This document shows, one piece after another, positions 29,655 through 39,498 of a stretch of 64,000 bases of DNA. The stretch spans positions 10,614-74,613 of the forward strand of contig CAZTKR010000001.1 in assembly GCA_964614115.1 (NCBI GenBank). The letters run 5' to 3'. Made by a program: the position numbers and the translations under genes. The first letter of the stretch is position 1. Each line of letters opens with the position of its first letter. The notes below the pieces were generated by a model. That model worked only from the letters and a program-made list of their open reading frames with translations, was not told the DNA's origin and did no database searches. This DNA comes from an uncultured bacterium (GTDB taxonomy: Bacteria > Zhuqueibacterota > QNDG01 > DSAB01).

Positions 29655-32300
29655 ATGCGAATGAAACGACCGTTGATGTGTCTTTTTTTATGGATGTGGA
29701 TTCTTTCTTTTTATTCGATTGCACCCGATGTTTCTTCGGAGGAGAAACAAGAAACGACACCGATTTTTGTGACGGCCTGGCTGAAAGCAGGGCCCGTCAC
29801 CGTCCGTATGCCGGTATTCCACGATACAAAGAATATCAAAGGAGAGGTATTCGGTCTTAAGGAATTATTACGATTCGACGATACCGATACAGAATCGTGG
29901 TGGCCCACGATAGGTGGGCCGTTTCCGTGGTCGGGGATGTGTGATCGGGTGTGGAGCGAGGTGCTGTGCGATACGCATGGCGTGATGCTGGAATCGGAAA
30001 GGGGGGTCGAATCCCCGGAGATAGCGTTTCTGGCAACGTACATTCGGGCCGGCCGATTTGCCGAGGCCACGCTGGAGATATCCGGGTATCATCTGTTTCG
30101 AGCGTTTCTCGACGGCAACATGGTGTTGGAGAAAGCCTCTGCCCAAAAGCCGGCAGATGACAGGGCCTCCGTGAAGGCCAAGAAGCTTTCCAAGCAAATA
30201 AAACTGGAAGCAGGCGTCCATCTGCTTCTGGTCAAGGCCATGAAAGATCCCGATTGTCAGGCGCCCTGGGTAGTCAAGGCGACGTTGAGGATTCCAGTCA
30301 ACCATGAAGATGCATTAACTGTCGGAACTCAGCCGCGCCAGGTCATGACCATCCGGCACATGATGGACGGTCCCAAGGTCCGTAGCGTGTCCATCTCATC
30401 CGACGGAAAATTAGTCGCCGTGTCGATGCAGCAGTCGCAGCCTCCCAGCGATGATGCCGAGTCCTGGATTGAACTGCGGCAAACCGAGGACGGCGGCCTT
30501 GTCCAGACCTTCCGGGGAGGCATGGCGCTTTCCCAAATTCAGTGGTCGCCCGTTGGACGGCGGCTTTCCTACATAAGTTCGGAAAAAGAGAAAAAGACAT
30601 TATGGATCATGGATGTGGATAAGGGCACGAGTATTCCTTTATTGAAGGATGTCGAGGATTTGGGGGATTACACGTGGTCGCCGGCCGGGGATTTTCTCAT
30701 TTATAGCATCACAGAAGAGCCGAAAGAGGACAAGACCGGCCTGAAACGGCTGGAGGGCATGCCCGACCGATGGCCGTGGTACAGGGAACGTCATTTCCTG
30801 TACCGAGTGAACGTGGCCGACGGAACCCGGCAGAGGCTCACGGCAGGCCGGCTGTCCACGAGTCTCAACAGCGTCCATCCCGATGGCAGCCGTTTGTTGT
30901 TCTCCCGCTCCATCTACGATTACACGGAGCGCCCGTACAGTAAAACGGAGTTCTTCGTCCTGGACCTGAACACGCTATCCCTGGATACCCTGTTTGTCGA
31001 CCGATGGGCACAGACGGCCCAGTGGTCGCCCGACGGGAAACAGTTGCTGGTAACCGGCGGTCCGATGTGCTTCGATGGGATCGGCAAAAACGTGCCCGAC
31101 GGAAGGATTCCCAACGATTACGACACCCAGGCTTTTCTGTACGATTTGGAGACCGGTCGTGCGGAGCCCATCACCAAAGAATTCGACCCCTCCATCAACC
31201 AGGCTGTATGGAGCCAAAGCGAATCCTGTATCTATTTCAATACCACGGATCGTTCGTATAAGAGACTCTATCGGCATGATGTCGAAAAGAAGAATTTTGA
31301 GATGATGGATACCGGGTTCGATGTTCTGGACGAATTCGATATTGCCGAAGATAGGCCCGTGGCCGCGGCCATTGGATCCGGAGCCTCTCTTCCGCCCAGG
31401 GCCTCCGTGCTGGACCTGCGCAGGAGACGAACCCGTACCCTCATCAATCCTGGGGAGAAGGATTACCAGCATGTTCATTTTGGCCAGGTAGAGCGCTGGA
31501 CGTTCACCAACACGCGCGGAACAGAAATCGACGGACATGTTTACTATCCCCCGGAATTCGATCCTCAAAAAAAATACCCGTGCATCGTGTACTACTACGG
31601 CGGCACCAGCCCGGTGACCCGGGATTTTGGCGGACGGTATCCCAAGGAGATTTGGGCGGCCAACGGGTATGTGGTATACGTTCTGCAGCCCAGCGGTGCC
31701 ACGGGATATGGTCAGGCCTTTTCAGCCTTTCACGTGAACGACTGGGGGCAGATCGCGGCGGATGAGATCATCGACGGAACAAAGCAGTTCCTGGAAGCCC
31801 ATCCCTTTATCGATGCATCGCGGATGGGTTGCATCGGTGCTTCGTTCGGGGGGTTCATGACCATGCTGCTGACCACTCGCACGGATATGTTTGCCTCGGC
31901 CGTGGCCCATGCCGGAATCAGTTCGATTTCCAGCTACTGGGGCGAGGGATACTGGGGATATCTCTACAGTGCTGCGGCCACGGCGGAAAGCTTTCCCTGG
32001 AACCGCAAGGACATTTACGTGGATCAGAGTCCCTTGTTCCACGCAGACAAAATCACAACGCCCCTGCTCCTGGTTCACGGCGCGTCGGACACCAACGTAC
32101 CGCCGGGCGAAAGCCGGCAGCTGTACACGGCCCTGAAATTGCTGGGAAGGGACGTCGAGCTGGTCGAGGTCGAGGGGCAGAACCATCATATCATGCAGTA
32201 CAATAAACGCATTCGGTGGACCAAGACAATCATGGCATGGTTAGACCGATGGCTGAAAGATCAACCCCAGTGGTGGGAGGATCTGTATTCCGATAAATAG
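29655..32300 (+). CDS. S9 family serine peptidase with TolB-like beta-propeller (second copy)
   Basis: Signal peptide MRMKRPLMCLFLWMWILSFYS. Propeller region. C-terminal hydrolase domain with GASFGGF nucleophile motif, Asp and His. I place the start at 29655. The track ORF begins at 29568. Confidence 0.9.
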   Translation: MRMKRPLMCLFLWMWILSFYSIAPDVSSEEKQETTPIFVTAWLKAGPVTVRMPVFHDTKNIKGEVFGLKELLRFDDTDTESWWPTIGGPFPWSGMCDRVWSEVLCDTHGVMLESERGVESPEIAFLATYIRAGRFAEATLEISGYHLFRAFLDGNMVLEKASAQKPADDRASVKAKKLSKQIKLEAGVHLLLVKAMKDPDCQAPWVVKATLRIPVNHEDALTVGTQPRQVMTIRHMMDGPKVRSVSISSDGKLVAVSMQQSQPPSDDAESWIELRQTEDGGLVQTFRGGMALSQIQWSPVGRRLSYISSEKEKKTLWIMDVDKGTSIPLLKDVEDLGDYTWSPAGDFLIYSITEEPKEDKTGLKRLEGMPDRWPWYRERHFLYRVNVADGTRQRLTAGRLSTSLNSVHPDGSRLLFSRSIYDYTERPYSKTEFFVLDLNTLSLDTLFVDRWAQTAQWSPDGKQLLVTGGPMCFDGIGKNVPDGRIPNDYDTQAFLYDLETGRAEPITKEFDPSINQAVWSQSESCIYFNTTDRSYKRLYRHDVEKKNFEMMDTGFDVLDEFDIAEDRPVAAAIGSGASLPPRASVLDLRRRRTRTLINPGEKDYQHVHFGQVERWTFTNTRGTEIDGHVYYPPEFDPQKKYPCIVYYYGGTSPVTRDFGGRYPKEIWAANGYVVYVLQPSGATGYGQAFSAFHVNDWGQIAADEIIDGTKQFLEAHPFIDASRMGCIGASFGGFMTMLLTTRTDMFASAVAHAGISSISSYWGEGYWGYLYSAAATAESFPWNRKDIYVDQSPLFHADKITTPLLLVHGASDTNVPPGESRQLYTALKLLGRDVELVEVEGQNHHIMQYNKRIRWTKTIMAWLDRWLKDQPQWWEDLYSDK

Positions 32301-32313
32301 AAGGAGGCACACG

Positions 32314-33696
32314 ATGAAGCAGAGACGGATCATCATCACCAGCGCGCTTGTCATCATCCTGATGGTATCGTCCGTTTTCGGTTTGGTGTTCGACAAGTCC
32401 GAGTATGCTGCCCGGAGACATAAATTCATGGAAACGATTCCCGACGGTGTGGCCATTCTTTTGGGTGCTCAGCTGCCCGGAAGCTACATGGAATACTATC
32501 AGAACAACGATTTTATGTACTTCACCGGCGTGGAGATTCCAGATGCCATACTCCTCGTGGACGGCATACGGAAGGAGAGCATTCTCTTTTTTACGATTAG
32601 CGAGGGTGCGGCTCGCAACGAGGGGATTTCGCTGGACCTGGTACGCAACCCGGAAGAAGTGACCGGCATCGAAAAGATTCTTCCCGTCGAGCAGTTCTCG
32701 TCCTACTTGAACCGGCTGAGTTCGAGCACAACGGTTTTTTACACACCGTACAAGCCCGAAGAGCTGATGCGGGAGTGCACCAACGAGAAATTCAGGAGGC
32801 TCCAGCAGAACATCACGCTCAACGACTGGGACGGGAGGCTGACCCGCGAGCTTCAATTCGTTCAATTACTGAGGGATCGGTTTCCCTATGTCGAGGTCAA
32901 GGATTGCTGCCCGATGATCTGGGAGCTCCGGATGATTAAATCACCGGCCGAGATCGCCCTGCTGCGCAGGGCCGGTGAAATCGCCGTGAAGGCCCACATC
33001 GAAATGATGAAGACCACGCGGGTGGGCATGCACGAGTGGGAGCTGGCCGCTCTGTATGAATACTACTGTAGAAAGGAGGGCGCCCAGGACCTGGCCTACT
33101 ACTGCATCATCTCCTCGGGCGAGAACCATCCCTATTTTCATTATTATAAACATGACCGCCAGCTCCAGGATGGTGATTTTCTCGTGGTAGATGTAGGGCC
33201 GGATGTCGATTATTACGATATCGATATCACGGTATCCTATCCTGCCAACGGCCAGTTTACGCCAAGACAAAAAGAGATATACGAAGCGGCCAAAGCCGTG
33301 CATGAGGTGAGCATGGAGTGCTACAGGCCAGGCGTTACTCTGGAGGAGGTCGAAAAAACGGTCGTAGACGTACTCACAAAGAGGGGATTCGACCTGTCGA
33401 AACCGATTTTCCAACACCGGGGCATGCGGGGGCGTTTCGGCCATTACGTGGGCATGGCCGTCCACGATGTGGGGGGCAGTCCCACAGTCCTCAAGCCGGG
33501 CATGGTGATCGCCAACGAACCCCTGGCTGCGTTTCCCCAAGAAAACCTGGGCGTCCGGGTGGAGGATACGATCCTGATCACCGAGGACGGTTACGAGATT
33601 CTTTCGGATGGTCTCCCCAGGGAAGTGGAAGAGATAGAAGCTTTGATGAAGCAGGATGGTGTGGTTCAAGTCCTGAAAAAGGCCGCGTTGTATTGA
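32314..33696 (+). CDS. Xaa-Pro aminopeptidase / M24 family metallopeptidase (exported)
   Basis: N-terminal signal or anchor. AMP_N-like domain. M24 pita-bread metal ligands (DVGPDVDYYDIDITV, HYVGMAVHDVGG, E...E). AAGGAGG RBS. Confidence 0.85.
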   Translation: MKQRRIIITSALVIILMVSSVFGLVFDKSEYAARRHKFMETIPDGVAILLGAQLPGSYMEYYQNNDFMYFTGVEIPDAILLVDGIRKESILFFTISEGAARNEGISLDLVRNPEEVTGIEKILPVEQFSSYLNRLSSSTTVFYTPYKPEELMRECTNEKFRRLQQNITLNDWDGRLTRELQFVQLLRDRFPYVEVKDCCPMIWELRMIKSPAEIALLRRAGEIAVKAHIEMMKTTRVGMHEWELAALYEYYCRKEGAQDLAYYCIISSGENHPYFHYYKHDRQLQDGDFLVVDVGPDVDYYDIDITVSYPANGQFTPRQKEIYEAAKAVHEVSMECYRPGVTLEEVEKTVVDVLTKRGFDLSKPIFQHRGMRGRFGHYVGMAVHDVGGSPTVLKPGMVIANEPLAAFPQENLGVRVEDTILITEDGYEILSDGLPREVEEIEALMKQDGVVQVLKKAALY

Positions 33697-33818
33697 ACGG
33701 ACAACGATCCATCGTCCAACCGTAGATTGAATGGAGAGCAATAGCGAGTTTCATCTGTTCAGCCAGGGAGATTTTGATAAGCTTAGGAAAATAGGATTCT
33801 AAAAAGGAGGGTAAGAAC

Positions 33819-35120
33819 GTGATAAACCGGCGAGCATTCTTGGGGGCCATCGGCAGACCGGCGTCAGCAGCGTTTATCGTGGCGGCACTGGATACCATCG
33901 GTATGCATCGGGCGCTGGAAGCCATCGCAGATTATCCGGGCAGTCCGGAGGAGATAGCGGGGGATGAAGCCTTCTGGTTCGAGGTACAGCAGGCGTTTAC
34001 CGTGGACCGCAGCCTCATCAATCTCAACAACGGGGGCGTCTGTCCATCACCCGCCATCGTCCAGGACGCTATGAAGAAACATCTGGATTTTTCAAACAAG
34101 GCCCCGACATACACGATGTGGCAGATTCAAGAACCGCAGAAGGAGGCTGTCCGCAAACGTCTGGCGCGTATGTTCGGTTGCGATGCCGAAGAGATCGCCC
34201 TGACGCGGAACGCCTCAGAGGGTCTCCAGATCTGTCAATTCGGAATGGATTTTCACAAAGGGGATGAATTCTTAACGACGACTCAGGATTACCCCAGGAT
34301 GATCACGACGTTTCGACAGAGGGAGCGCCGCGAGGGTCTGGTCCTGAAGCAGTTCTCCATCCCAGTGCCCGCAGAAGACCCGGATGAGCTCGTTTCGCTC
34401 TTCGAGCAGAACATCACGAAACGAACGAAAGTCATACTGATCTGTCATGTGATTAACCTCACGGGTCAGATCATGCCCGTGAAGGCCATTGCCCAGATGG
34501 CCCGGAAGAAGGGCATTCCCGTGCTGGTAGATGGCGCCCATGCCTTTGCCCATTTCGAATTCAAGCATGAAGACCTGGATTGTGATTACTACGCCACGAG
34601 CCTGCACAAATGGCTGTGTGCGCCCCACGGCACGGGATTGCTTTACGTGCGGAGGGGAAAGATAAAAGACCTCTGGCCGCTGATGGCCGCCCCGGAGGAC
34701 ATGGACGATGATATCCGTAAATTCGAGGAGATCGGTACTCACCCGGCGGCTCCGTATCTGTCCATTGCCGAGGCATTGACGTTCCACCAGGGAATCGGAA
34801 TCAAGCGGAAGGAGGCGCGACTGCGGTTTCTCCGGGATTACTGGGCCAAACGGCTTCTTCAGCACGATCGCGTTCGGCTGCATACCAGTCTGAAACCAAA
34901 CTTCTCCTGTGGCCTGGCCAACATGCAGATCGAGGGCATCGATACGGTGGATTTGGTCGAATTCCTATGGGAGAAGTACAAGATCATCGTGGTGCCCATC
35001 AAACATCCCGAATTCGAGGGCATCCGTGTCACGCCCAACGTGTATACGACGCTGGAAGAGCTGGACCGGTTCTGCGATGCCATAGAAGGCGTGATCAAAA
35101 ACGGATTGCCCGTATCATGA
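33819..35120 (+). CDS. Tat-exported class V aminotransferase-fold PLP enzyme (isopenicillin-N epimerase / cysteine desulfurase-like)
   Basis: GTG start behind AAGGAGGG. Twin-arginine motif NRRAFLGA. PLP lysine motif SLHKWL. Fold-type I class V features. Confidence 0.8.
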   Translation: MINRRAFLGAIGRPASAAFIVAALDTIGMHRALEAIADYPGSPEEIAGDEAFWFEVQQAFTVDRSLINLNNGGVCPSPAIVQDAMKKHLDFSNKAPTYTMWQIQEPQKEAVRKRLARMFGCDAEEIALTRNASEGLQICQFGMDFHKGDEFLTTTQDYPRMITTFRQRERREGLVLKQFSIPVPAEDPDELVSLFEQNITKRTKVILICHVINLTGQIMPVKAIAQMARKKGIPVLVDGAHAFAHFEFKHEDLDCDYYATSLHKWLCAPHGTGLLYVRRGKIKDLWPLMAAPEDMDDDIRKFEEIGTHPAAPYLSIAEALTFHQGIGIKRKEARLRFLRDYWAKRLLQHDRVRLHTSLKPNFSCGLANMQIEGIDTVDLVEFLWEKYKIIVVPIKHPEFEGIRVTPNVYTTLEELDRFCDAIEGVIKNGLPVS

Positions 35121-35153
35121 CATCATGAACATCCAAAACGTGAAGGCGTCAGA

Positions 35154-36755
35154 ATGCGAAAGTTTATCTTATTGTTGGTGGCGGTTGCCATCGTTTGTGT
35201 GTGGGCCCTGACATGCTCCCTCCTGCCTGTCAAGTATGACATTCTCATTAAGAACGGCGTGGTGATCGACGGGAGCGGTAAGCCCCGGTACACGGCCGAT
35301 GTCGGTATAAACGGCGGTAAGGTGGTGGCCATCGGTTCTCTGTGGGCGTTGATTACTGAGATCGACATCGATGCCTCTGGCAAGGTTGTCTGCCCGGGAT
35401 TCATCGACCTGCATACCCACGCAGAACGCAACATCCTGGAAATTCCGGCCGTGGAGAATTACACGCGTCAGGGTGTGACGACGGTTGTGGGCGGGAATTG
35501 CGGTGGGTCTCCATTTCCCGTGGGCGAGTTCATGCAGTCCGTCGAGGAGGAAGGAATCACCCTGAACCTGATCCTCCTGGTCGGTCACAATACCGTGCGT
35601 GAGCGGATCATGGGAACGGAGAATCGCGTGCCCACCAAAGACGAATTGGTGATGATGAAGGAACTGGTCGCCCAGGCCATGGACGAGGGCGCTTTTGGTT
35701 TTTCCACGGGTTTAAAATACGTTCCCGGGAGCTACGCTTCCACGGATGAGGTCGTCGCCCTGGCCGGAGTGGCCGCCTCCTACGGTGGATTCTACGCCAC
35801 CCACATGCGGGACGAGGGATTGAAGATCATAGAATCCGTACAGGAAGCCATCGAGATTGGACGCCGGACAAACGCACCGATCCAAATCTCGCATCACAAG
35901 GTGGTGGGCAGGGGAATGTGGGGTCGCAGCGAAGAGACGCTCCGGCTCATCGATGAAGCTCACGAACAGGGCCTCGACATCACGTTCGATCAGTATCCGT
36001 ACACGGCCACGAGTACCGGGCTGACCGTTCTCTTTCCCGCATGGTCTCTGGCCGGCGGACCCGACAGCATCAGAATACGGCTGGACGATCCCCGTACAAG
36101 GAAGAGGATCAAGGAGGGTATCGAATTCAACATCCTTCATGACCGCGGCGGGGGCGATCCGGCCAGTGTCGTGGTCGTTTCCCATCGGACCGATTCGACG
36201 CTGGCCGGGAAAGACTTGGCCGAGATCACCAGAATGCGGGGTCGCAGGCCCACGGTGGCCAATGCCGCGGAAACGCTGATGGAGCTCGTGTACGAGGGCG
36301 GGGGCAGCGGCATTTACCATTGTCTCAGCGAGGACGATGTGACCCGGATCATGCGTCATCCTCTGGGCACCGTGGGCTCCGATGGCAGCACGGTCCTGTT
36401 CGGAGAGGGCATCGTGCATCCGCGGAATTACGGGACATTCCCTCGGGTTCTGGGCCGGTACGTCCGTGAGCAGAGCGTACTCACACTGGAGGAAGCCATC
36501 CGGAAGATGACGTCCCTGCCTGCAGAACGTCTGGGGCTGGAGGATCGTGGGCTGATACACAAGGGCAGCCGGGCCGACGTGGTCGTGTTCGATCCCAAGA
36601 CAATCCTGGATAATGCCACGTTCCTGGACCCACATCAGTATTCCGCTGGGATTGAATATGTGATCGTCAACGGTCAGATGGTCATCGGAAATGGCGTGTA
36701 TACGGGAAAAAGGCCAGGATATGTCTTAAGAAAAACCAAGACGATAATTAAATAA
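35154..36755 (+). CDS. N-acyl-D-amino-acid deacylase (D-aminoacylase), amidohydrolase 3 family
   Basis: 533 aa. Signal peptide. CPGFIDLHTHAE metal motif. D-aminoacylase-specific insertion domain architecture. Confidence 0.85.
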   Translation: MRKFILLLVAVAIVCVWALTCSLLPVKYDILIKNGVVIDGSGKPRYTADVGINGGKVVAIGSLWALITEIDIDASGKVVCPGFIDLHTHAERNILEIPAVENYTRQGVTTVVGGNCGGSPFPVGEFMQSVEEEGITLNLILLVGHNTVRERIMGTENRVPTKDELVMMKELVAQAMDEGAFGFSTGLKYVPGSYASTDEVVALAGVAASYGGFYATHMRDEGLKIIESVQEAIEIGRRTNAPIQISHHKVVGRGMWGRSEETLRLIDEAHEQGLDITFDQYPYTATSTGLTVLFPAWSLAGGPDSIRIRLDDPRTRKRIKEGIEFNILHDRGGGDPASVVVVSHRTDSTLAGKDLAEITRMRGRRPTVANAAETLMELVYEGGGSGIYHCLSEDDVTRIMRHPLGTVGSDGSTVLFGEGIVHPRNYGTFPRVLGRYVREQSVLTLEEAIRKMTSLPAERLGLEDRGLIHKGSRADVVVFDPKTILDNATFLDPHQYSAGIEYVIVNGQMVIGNGVYTGKRPGYVLRKTKTIIK

Positions 36756-36845
36756 AAACGGGGAATGGTCGTCACCAACGAGAACGCCGATCGGTGGAAT
36801 CGGCCTTTATGTAGATCATTCCGAATAAATCACTCAAGGAGTATA

Positions 36846-37970
36846 ATGATGAATTCAACTTTCCAGCCCTTTATCATGGAACGCGTGATGTCCAAGTGGG
36901 AGAACGTCGTGGAGTATAACCTGTCGGAGAGCGGTGTACATCCGATGACGCTTCATGAATTGATGCAAGATCCGAAGGACATCGAGAAGCTCTTAAATAC
37001 CGAAATCAACTACCCCCAGGCCAACGGCATCGTAGAACTGAGAGAAAGGATTGCGGCCATGTATCCGGGCAGCACACCGGATAACATTCTGGTCACGGTG
37101 GGTGCGGCCGAGTCCAACTTCATCACGATGCAGACCGTACTGGACCCCGGCGACGAGGTGGCCATCATGCTGCCCAATTACATGCAGGTCTGGGGCGTGG
37201 CCAAGAACAGGGGACTGAAGATTCAGGAATTTCGACTCAAGGAAGAAAAGGGTTGGGCCCTGGAAGACGATTGGGAACGGGCCGTGACGACGAACACAAA
37301 GCTCATCGCCGTGTGTAATCCCAACAATCCCACGGGGTACATCCTGACGGATAAAGAGATGGATGCCGTGGTGGCAGCGGCGGAGAGGGTGGGTGCCTGG
37401 ATCCTGGCCGACGAGGTCTACGCCGGGGCCGAGCGGACTACGGATGTGGTGACGCCCTCGTTCTGGGGTCGTTACGATAAGGTACTGGCCATAGGCAGTA
37501 TGTCCAAAGCCTACGGCCTGCCGGGATTGCGTTTGGGTTGGGTTGTGGGGCCGGCCGACACGGTGGACGACATATGGGCACGGCACGAGTACGTGGCCAT
37601 CAGTACGACGATGCTATCCAATCACATCACAGCGTACGCGCTATCATCCGAAGTGCTGCCGCGCGTCCGCCAACGGGCCCGTGATTATATCCGGCGTGGG
37701 TATCCCATCCTGGAAGACTGGATGAAAGGCCACGGCGATACCTTCAGCACAGTACAGCCCCAGGCGGCGGCTATCGCCTATGTCCGGTACCATCTGGATA
37801 TCAATTCCACGGAGTTGATCGAACGGTTGATGCACGAGAAGAGTGTGTTTATCGTACCCGGCGATCATTTCGGCATGGACCGGTATCTGCGCATCAGCTT
37901 CGGTCTGGAACCCGACTTCCTGAGAGCGGGGCTGGATCGCATTCACGAGCTGATCGTCGAACTGGGGTAG
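36846..37970 (+). CDS. Class I/II (aspartate-family) aminotransferase
   Basis: PLP-lysine motif SMSKAYGLPGLRLGW, plus NPNNPTG. I place the start at ATG 36846, behind AAGGAG. The track ORF begins at 36765. Confidence 0.85.
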   Translation: MMNSTFQPFIMERVMSKWENVVEYNLSESGVHPMTLHELMQDPKDIEKLLNTEINYPQANGIVELRERIAAMYPGSTPDNILVTVGAAESNFITMQTVLDPGDEVAIMLPNYMQVWGVAKNRGLKIQEFRLKEEKGWALEDDWERAVTTNTKLIAVCNPNNPTGYILTDKEMDAVVAAAERVGAWILADEVYAGAERTTDVVTPSFWGRYDKVLAIGSMSKAYGLPGLRLGWVVGPADTVDDIWARHEYVAISTTMLSNHITAYALSSEVLPRVRQRARDYIRRGYPILEDWMKGHGDTFSTVQPQAAAIAYVRYHLDINSTELIERLMHEKSVFIVPGDHFGMDRYLRISFGLEPDFLRAGLDRIHELIVELG

Positions 37971-38035
37971 GATAGAAGAGAGCGCGGACGCATGGGCGTC
38001 GTTCGGCATGCGCCATCCAATCATAAAGGGGAGCG

Positions 38036-39007
38036 ATGGAATATATCTCACTGGGCCGTTCGGGTCTGAAGGTGAGCCGGCTTTGCCTTGGGACGATGAA
38101 TTTTGGCCCTCATACGTCTGAAAAAGACAGCTTCGCCATCATGGACAAGGCCCTGGAGCTGGGCATCCAGTTTTTCGATACGGCCAACGTGTACGGGGGG
38201 AAGAAGGGCGAGGGTGTGACGGAACAGATTATCGGGAGATGGCTGGCTCAGGGAGGGGGCCGCAGAGAGCGCATCGTCCTTGCCACCAAGGTCTATGGTT
38301 CCATGGGAGACGGCCCCAACGACAGAGGGCTCTCGGCCTACCATATACGCCGGGCCTGCGAGGAGAGTCTGAAACGGCTTCAAACAGATCACATCGATCT
38401 ATATCAGATGCACCACGTGGATCGCACCACGCCCTGGGAAGAGATCTGGCAGGCCATGGAGCAACTCGTTGGCGAAGGTAAGGTGATCTATGTGGGCAGC
38501 AGCAATTTCGCCGCCTGGCACATCGCCGAGGCCAACAGCGTGGCTGCCCAGCGGCACTTCTTGGGCTTAATCTCCGAGCAGAGTCTGTATAATCTGACCG
38601 CCCGGACGGTGGAACTGGAAGTCATTCCCGTGTGCCGTGCCCTGGGATTGGGCGTCATCCCATGGAGCCCCCTGGCCAGTGGATTCCTGGGAGGGATGAC
38701 AAAAGAAATAAAAACAGTGCGGCGGATGGAAGAGAATGTACAGCAGATGATGAAGATACATCGTCAGAGTCTGGAAGCATATGAGACGTTTTGTGCAGGA
38801 CTCGGCGAGTCGCCGGCCAACGTGGCTCTGGCCTGGCTGCTGCACCAGACGGGCGTCACGGCACCCATCATCGGCCCCCGCACGATGGAACAACTGGTGG
38901 GATGCATGGGATCGTTGGACATCGCCCTGTCCGAAGAAGATTTGATGAAATTGGATGCCATCTGGCCGGGGCCCGAGGGTCAGGCACCGGAGGCTTATGC
39001 GTGGTGA
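38036..39007 (+). CDS. Aldo/keto reductase
   Basis: 323 aa. AKR catalytic tetrad context (D...Y...K...H) with FFDTANVYGG and YQMHHVD motifs. Confidence 0.9.
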   Translation: MEYISLGRSGLKVSRLCLGTMNFGPHTSEKDSFAIMDKALELGIQFFDTANVYGGKKGEGVTEQIIGRWLAQGGGRRERIVLATKVYGSMGDGPNDRGLSAYHIRRACEESLKRLQTDHIDLYQMHHVDRTTPWEEIWQAMEQLVGEGKVIYVGSSNFAAWHIAEANSVAAQRHFLGLISEQSLYNLTARTVELEVIPVCRALGLGVIPWSPLASGFLGGMTKEIKTVRRMEENVQQMMKIHRQSLEAYETFCAGLGESPANVALAWLLHQTGVTAPIIGPRTMEQLVGCMGSLDIALSEEDLMKLDAIWPGPEGQAPEAYAW

Positions 39008-39102
39008 AAGAAACATCCCCAGAAGCCAAACGTCCATTACATGCCCTTCCCTCCCTCGTTTCTTACAGTGGATGCCAATCATAGGAAGAGGAAATTGAAC
39101 CC

Positions 39103-39498
39103 ATGAAAATCATCGAAACGACGAACGCGCCGTTGCCCGCAGGACACTATTCGCAGGGCATCGTCCATGACGGTCTGGTCTTTGTCTCCGGTCAACTGCC
39201 CGTGGACCCGGAGACGGGAGAGAAGGTGACCGGTTCTGTGGAAGAGGAGACGGACAGAGCATTGAAAAACGTGGCCGCTGTTCTGGAAGCGGCCGGGAGC
39301 GGTCTTCATCGGGTGATCAAGACGACGGTCTACGTGTCGGATATCACGCTTTGGGATCGTGTCAATCAGGTCTATGCCCGTCATTTCGGCGAGCACCGGC
39401 CGGCCCGGGCCGTGGTTCCCACCAAACCACTCCACTTTGGGTTTCATGTGGAGATCGAAGCCGTGGGTGTCGTGGAGACCGGGAGTGAGACCGCATGA
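39103..39498 (+). CDS. ridA: RidA family reactive-intermediate (enamine/imine) deaminase
   Basis: 131 aa, YjgF/RidA fold. ETTNAPLPAGHYSQG...VFVSGQ. Conserved Arg near the C-terminus. Confidence 0.9.
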   Translation: MKIIETTNAPLPAGHYSQGIVHDGLVFVSGQLPVDPETGEKVTGSVEEETDRALKNVAAVLEAAGSGLHRVIKTTVYVSDITLWDRVNQVYARHFGEHRPARAVVPTKPLHFGFHVEIEAVGVVETGSETA

